Shown here piece by piece: positions 61,194 to 64,000 of a stretch of 64,000 bases of DNA. Positions within the stretch are counted from its first letter, which is position 1. Each line of letters opens with the position of its first letter. The DNA is taken from the NCBI RefSeq assembly GCF_947568905.1, contig NC_079165.1:11098001-11162000 (forward strand), given 5' to 3'. This DNA comes from Ostrea edulis (lineage: Eukaryota). The notes beneath the pieces were generated by a model. It saw nothing but the letters and a program-made list of their open reading frames with translations. It did not search any database and was not told the origin of the DNA. The position numbers and the translations under genes are program-made.

Positions 61194-62805
61194 ATGAAAG
61201 GAGAAACGAGAAGGGTCAGAGGTCGCAGCAATGTGCCCCACGACGACAGCATCAGCGATGATACAGAGAAGAGAGAGGAGCGAAGATATGCTGAAGAGGA
61301 AGAAGAGGGTTTCCGAGTGTTACCTCCTGAGGAAAAGCGCTGTGTCAATGCCAAACTGTTTCTACTCCAGGAAGAGAGCGAAAATGGGCGTAACTTGTAA
61401 GTAATTTTCAACAGTATAAACATGTCGTGTGCTTTTACATGCATCAAGATGGTGCATTGATCATAATGCGACAAATTTTGATTATATGAAATTAAAGGGG
61501 CATGTACACGGTTGAGGTTAAAAATTTCTTTTCCAATTTTATTGTTTACAGTATTTCTAATGGTCAACCAAAATTTGAATATAAGTTTTTGAGTTACAAG
61601 TGAGATACAGCACTCACAATTCTGTGTTATGTAAACAAGGATGGTGCCATGTGTTTGTTTACATATAGATTGCTTGATAGGAAATATCATGTTTAAAAGA
61701 AAATGAGATATGTTAAACACTGGGAGCTATTGAATTATTTTCAGAATTAACTTGTAAATTAAAAAATCTGCTTTAAACGAACTTTTACCGTTATATCGAG
61801 CTTATATGTAAACAAAAAACAGGACACGAGCCTTTCTAACATAACAAAGAATTGTAAGCTCTGTATCTCCCATGTACCTCGAGAACTGACATTCAAAATT
61901 TTGCTGACCATTAGAAATACCTTAGTTACGCATTTTAAACATTAAAAATAGAAAAATAAAATTTCAAAATTTTCAGCTGGAATCGTGTCCACGCACCTTT
62001 AAGGTCGGGGTGTCTCTCTCACTCCACTTTCGGTGGGGAGGAATGTGGTAATGTTATGTCGATAAATTTACAACTGCTCTAGTTATAGAGGTGCAACGTT
62101 AAGTTACACTTTATAGCTAATAATAATAACAACAATACATTCCTTATTTAGACAGGATAGCACAATTAGTACAAATGACTAGTTTACATTGTGGTCCTGT
62201 ATAAAACATATTCACAGACAAATAAATGAGAGAATAGAAAAATAGATAACAATATAAAATATATACATAAAATATAAACACGATACCATTGGGGGGGGGG
62301 GGGGGGGTATGCATGTCTATATATCACTTATTTGAGTAATAATGCTGCAAATATGCTGATTTAAAAAATGTAATAGAACCACAGCTTCTGACAGACTCGG
62401 CAACTGATTCTATAAAATTGTGGAGGATACCTTAAAAGACCGTTTATAATATTCAGTTCGAACTTTTGGTAAACATAAAACGCCACTATCGCTACTTCTT
62501 GTTGTTCTGGAACTAACTTGACTTAGAACCTTAAAAGCAAGCATTAGTTTTCTATATATAAAATAATCATGAACAGGCATCCATTTAAGAACACTAAAAT
62601 ATCAACCGTAGAAGTCTGAATTACTTTCACATTCAATGTAATTCTGGCTGTCCTTTTCTGTAATTTAAAACGTCTGTGAATAAAACCCCTGTTAGATCGG
62701 TTTTAGCTCACCCTGAATTGAGATAATTGCCACCCCTCCCCCAGAACAGTGGTGGATCAAAAAAAAATTAAAAAGGGGCTGGTTACCCAAGTATGTACCC
62801 TTTTC

Positions 62806-62874
<69 letters not shown>

Positions 62875-63415
62875 AAAGAGCCTAAATGAAGAAACAAAAT
62901 TACTCCTCCCAATAAACCAAGGCACTGCTACAGGAGGGGCACAATGAATGAACATCAGTATGTCTGGAACACAAGGTACCCTCCGAATATTTTGTGATCC
63001 AAAACTACTTTTCCCATTATCAACTTTGTTTTATCACTCCGGCGCAGCAAGCCTCGTGTCTCATGAAGATTAGGGGGAGGGGGGGGGGTCGAGTTTGAAA
63101 AAAGACCGGTTACTAACTCGCACTGGTTTCTATGGAACAATTATTTCTCTAAATTGCAAGTAACTGTAGGAAAATACTTGTAATGAACATGCACGCAGAC
63201 AGTTTCAACATTTTTTGTATTTCAGGTACAACCATATGAGTACACTTTTGGCAAACATTTTAGCAGAAAAGTCGGAGGAAGCTTTGGAGAAATTAGAAGA
63301 CGACAGTAGAACCTACAAACGAGAGAGGTTTGCGTACAAGGAACCCTTCATTAAAGACAATCCCGCCAAAACGCCTACTGAGGTTCTAGCGCAGGCGCAG
63401 TGGCGAATGATGAAG
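61194..63415 (+). CDS. First two visible coding exons (61194-61396, 63226-63415) of an unidentified gene that continues beyond the window
   Basis: Acceptor CATTACAG|A ATG, donor TT|GTAAGT, acceptor TATTTCAG|G and donor AAG|GTGCG. The phase-2 junction joins two open, GC-richer frames. Confidence 0.7.
61496..61998. mobile_element. Kolobok-like non-autonomous element
   Basis: TTAA on both flanks; termini AGGGGCATGTACACG / reverse complement AGGTGCGTGGACACG. Confidence 0.7.
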
Positions 63416-64000
63416 GTGCGACTTCTTGTTTACAATGCTAAGGACTGGTAGAAGTATTTAGTTTGAGTTTTTGTTTATTCGACAGATCTTATTTTGTATA
63501 TATACACTGGTACTTCGTTAACCCAGATAGTTGTAAACCACAGGTACATGAGGACAGGAAACAGCACCTTCCCCAACCCCCTTAGAATGTTACCTCCGGA
63601 CCTCTTGTGACTTTTTTGGTCAATCACTCCTTTATGACGTATTTCTGGTCCATCTTATGCCATAACTCCGAAAATTAAACAAACCTTTCATTTTAAAAAA
63701 CCCAAACCCGATTAGCATATACATGTAGGATGGACCAGAAACATGGGGGGGGGGGGGGGGGGGGGGGTTAGGGGGTAGATGCTGTTACCTATCCTCAAGC
63801 ACTTTTAAATTTTTCAGACTGCTTGTGGAGAGCCGAAATTCATCCCAAATGAAAGTTTTGGTACGTATTACTTAAAATCTGAACAAGTATATTGCACATG
63901 ACGTCGGGTTAGAAAAAAATTATTCTTTGCATAAAAGGGCCATGCCAAGAAATCCCGTCCGGTCTGAATTCGTTGGTTTCAATAGGGCCATATTACATGC

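Overview
AT-rich, intron-rich eukaryotic DNA; the repeat families look like those of an oyster-like bivalve (inference). The window holds: (1) MRPS18B on + (6 coding exons, 2431-17812, about 248 aa, one inferred GC-AG intron); (2) a complete TSC1/hamartin gene on - (21 coding exons assembled in consistent phase, 50382-20339, about 1188 aa), tail-to-tail with MRPS18B; (3) a 5.84-kb ISL2EU-type (PIF/Harbinger superfamily) transposon at 54568-60406, with an apparently intact THAP-DDE transposase and a convergent 8-exon SAP-SWIM-YqaJ (lambda-exonuclease) gene carrying one nonsense codon; its diverged inverted ends run up to both start codons; (4) two exons of an unidentified + gene at the right end; (5) many MITEs, HINE/Helentron-like elements, SINEs, long hairpins and minisatellites. 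The most striking pattern is that at least nine tandem duplications copy an actual splice junction of MRPS18B or TSC1. These create decoy donors and acceptors: some arrays have lost the GT, one is in frame, and one duplication appears already exonised. All coordinates were read by hand; no database search was run.
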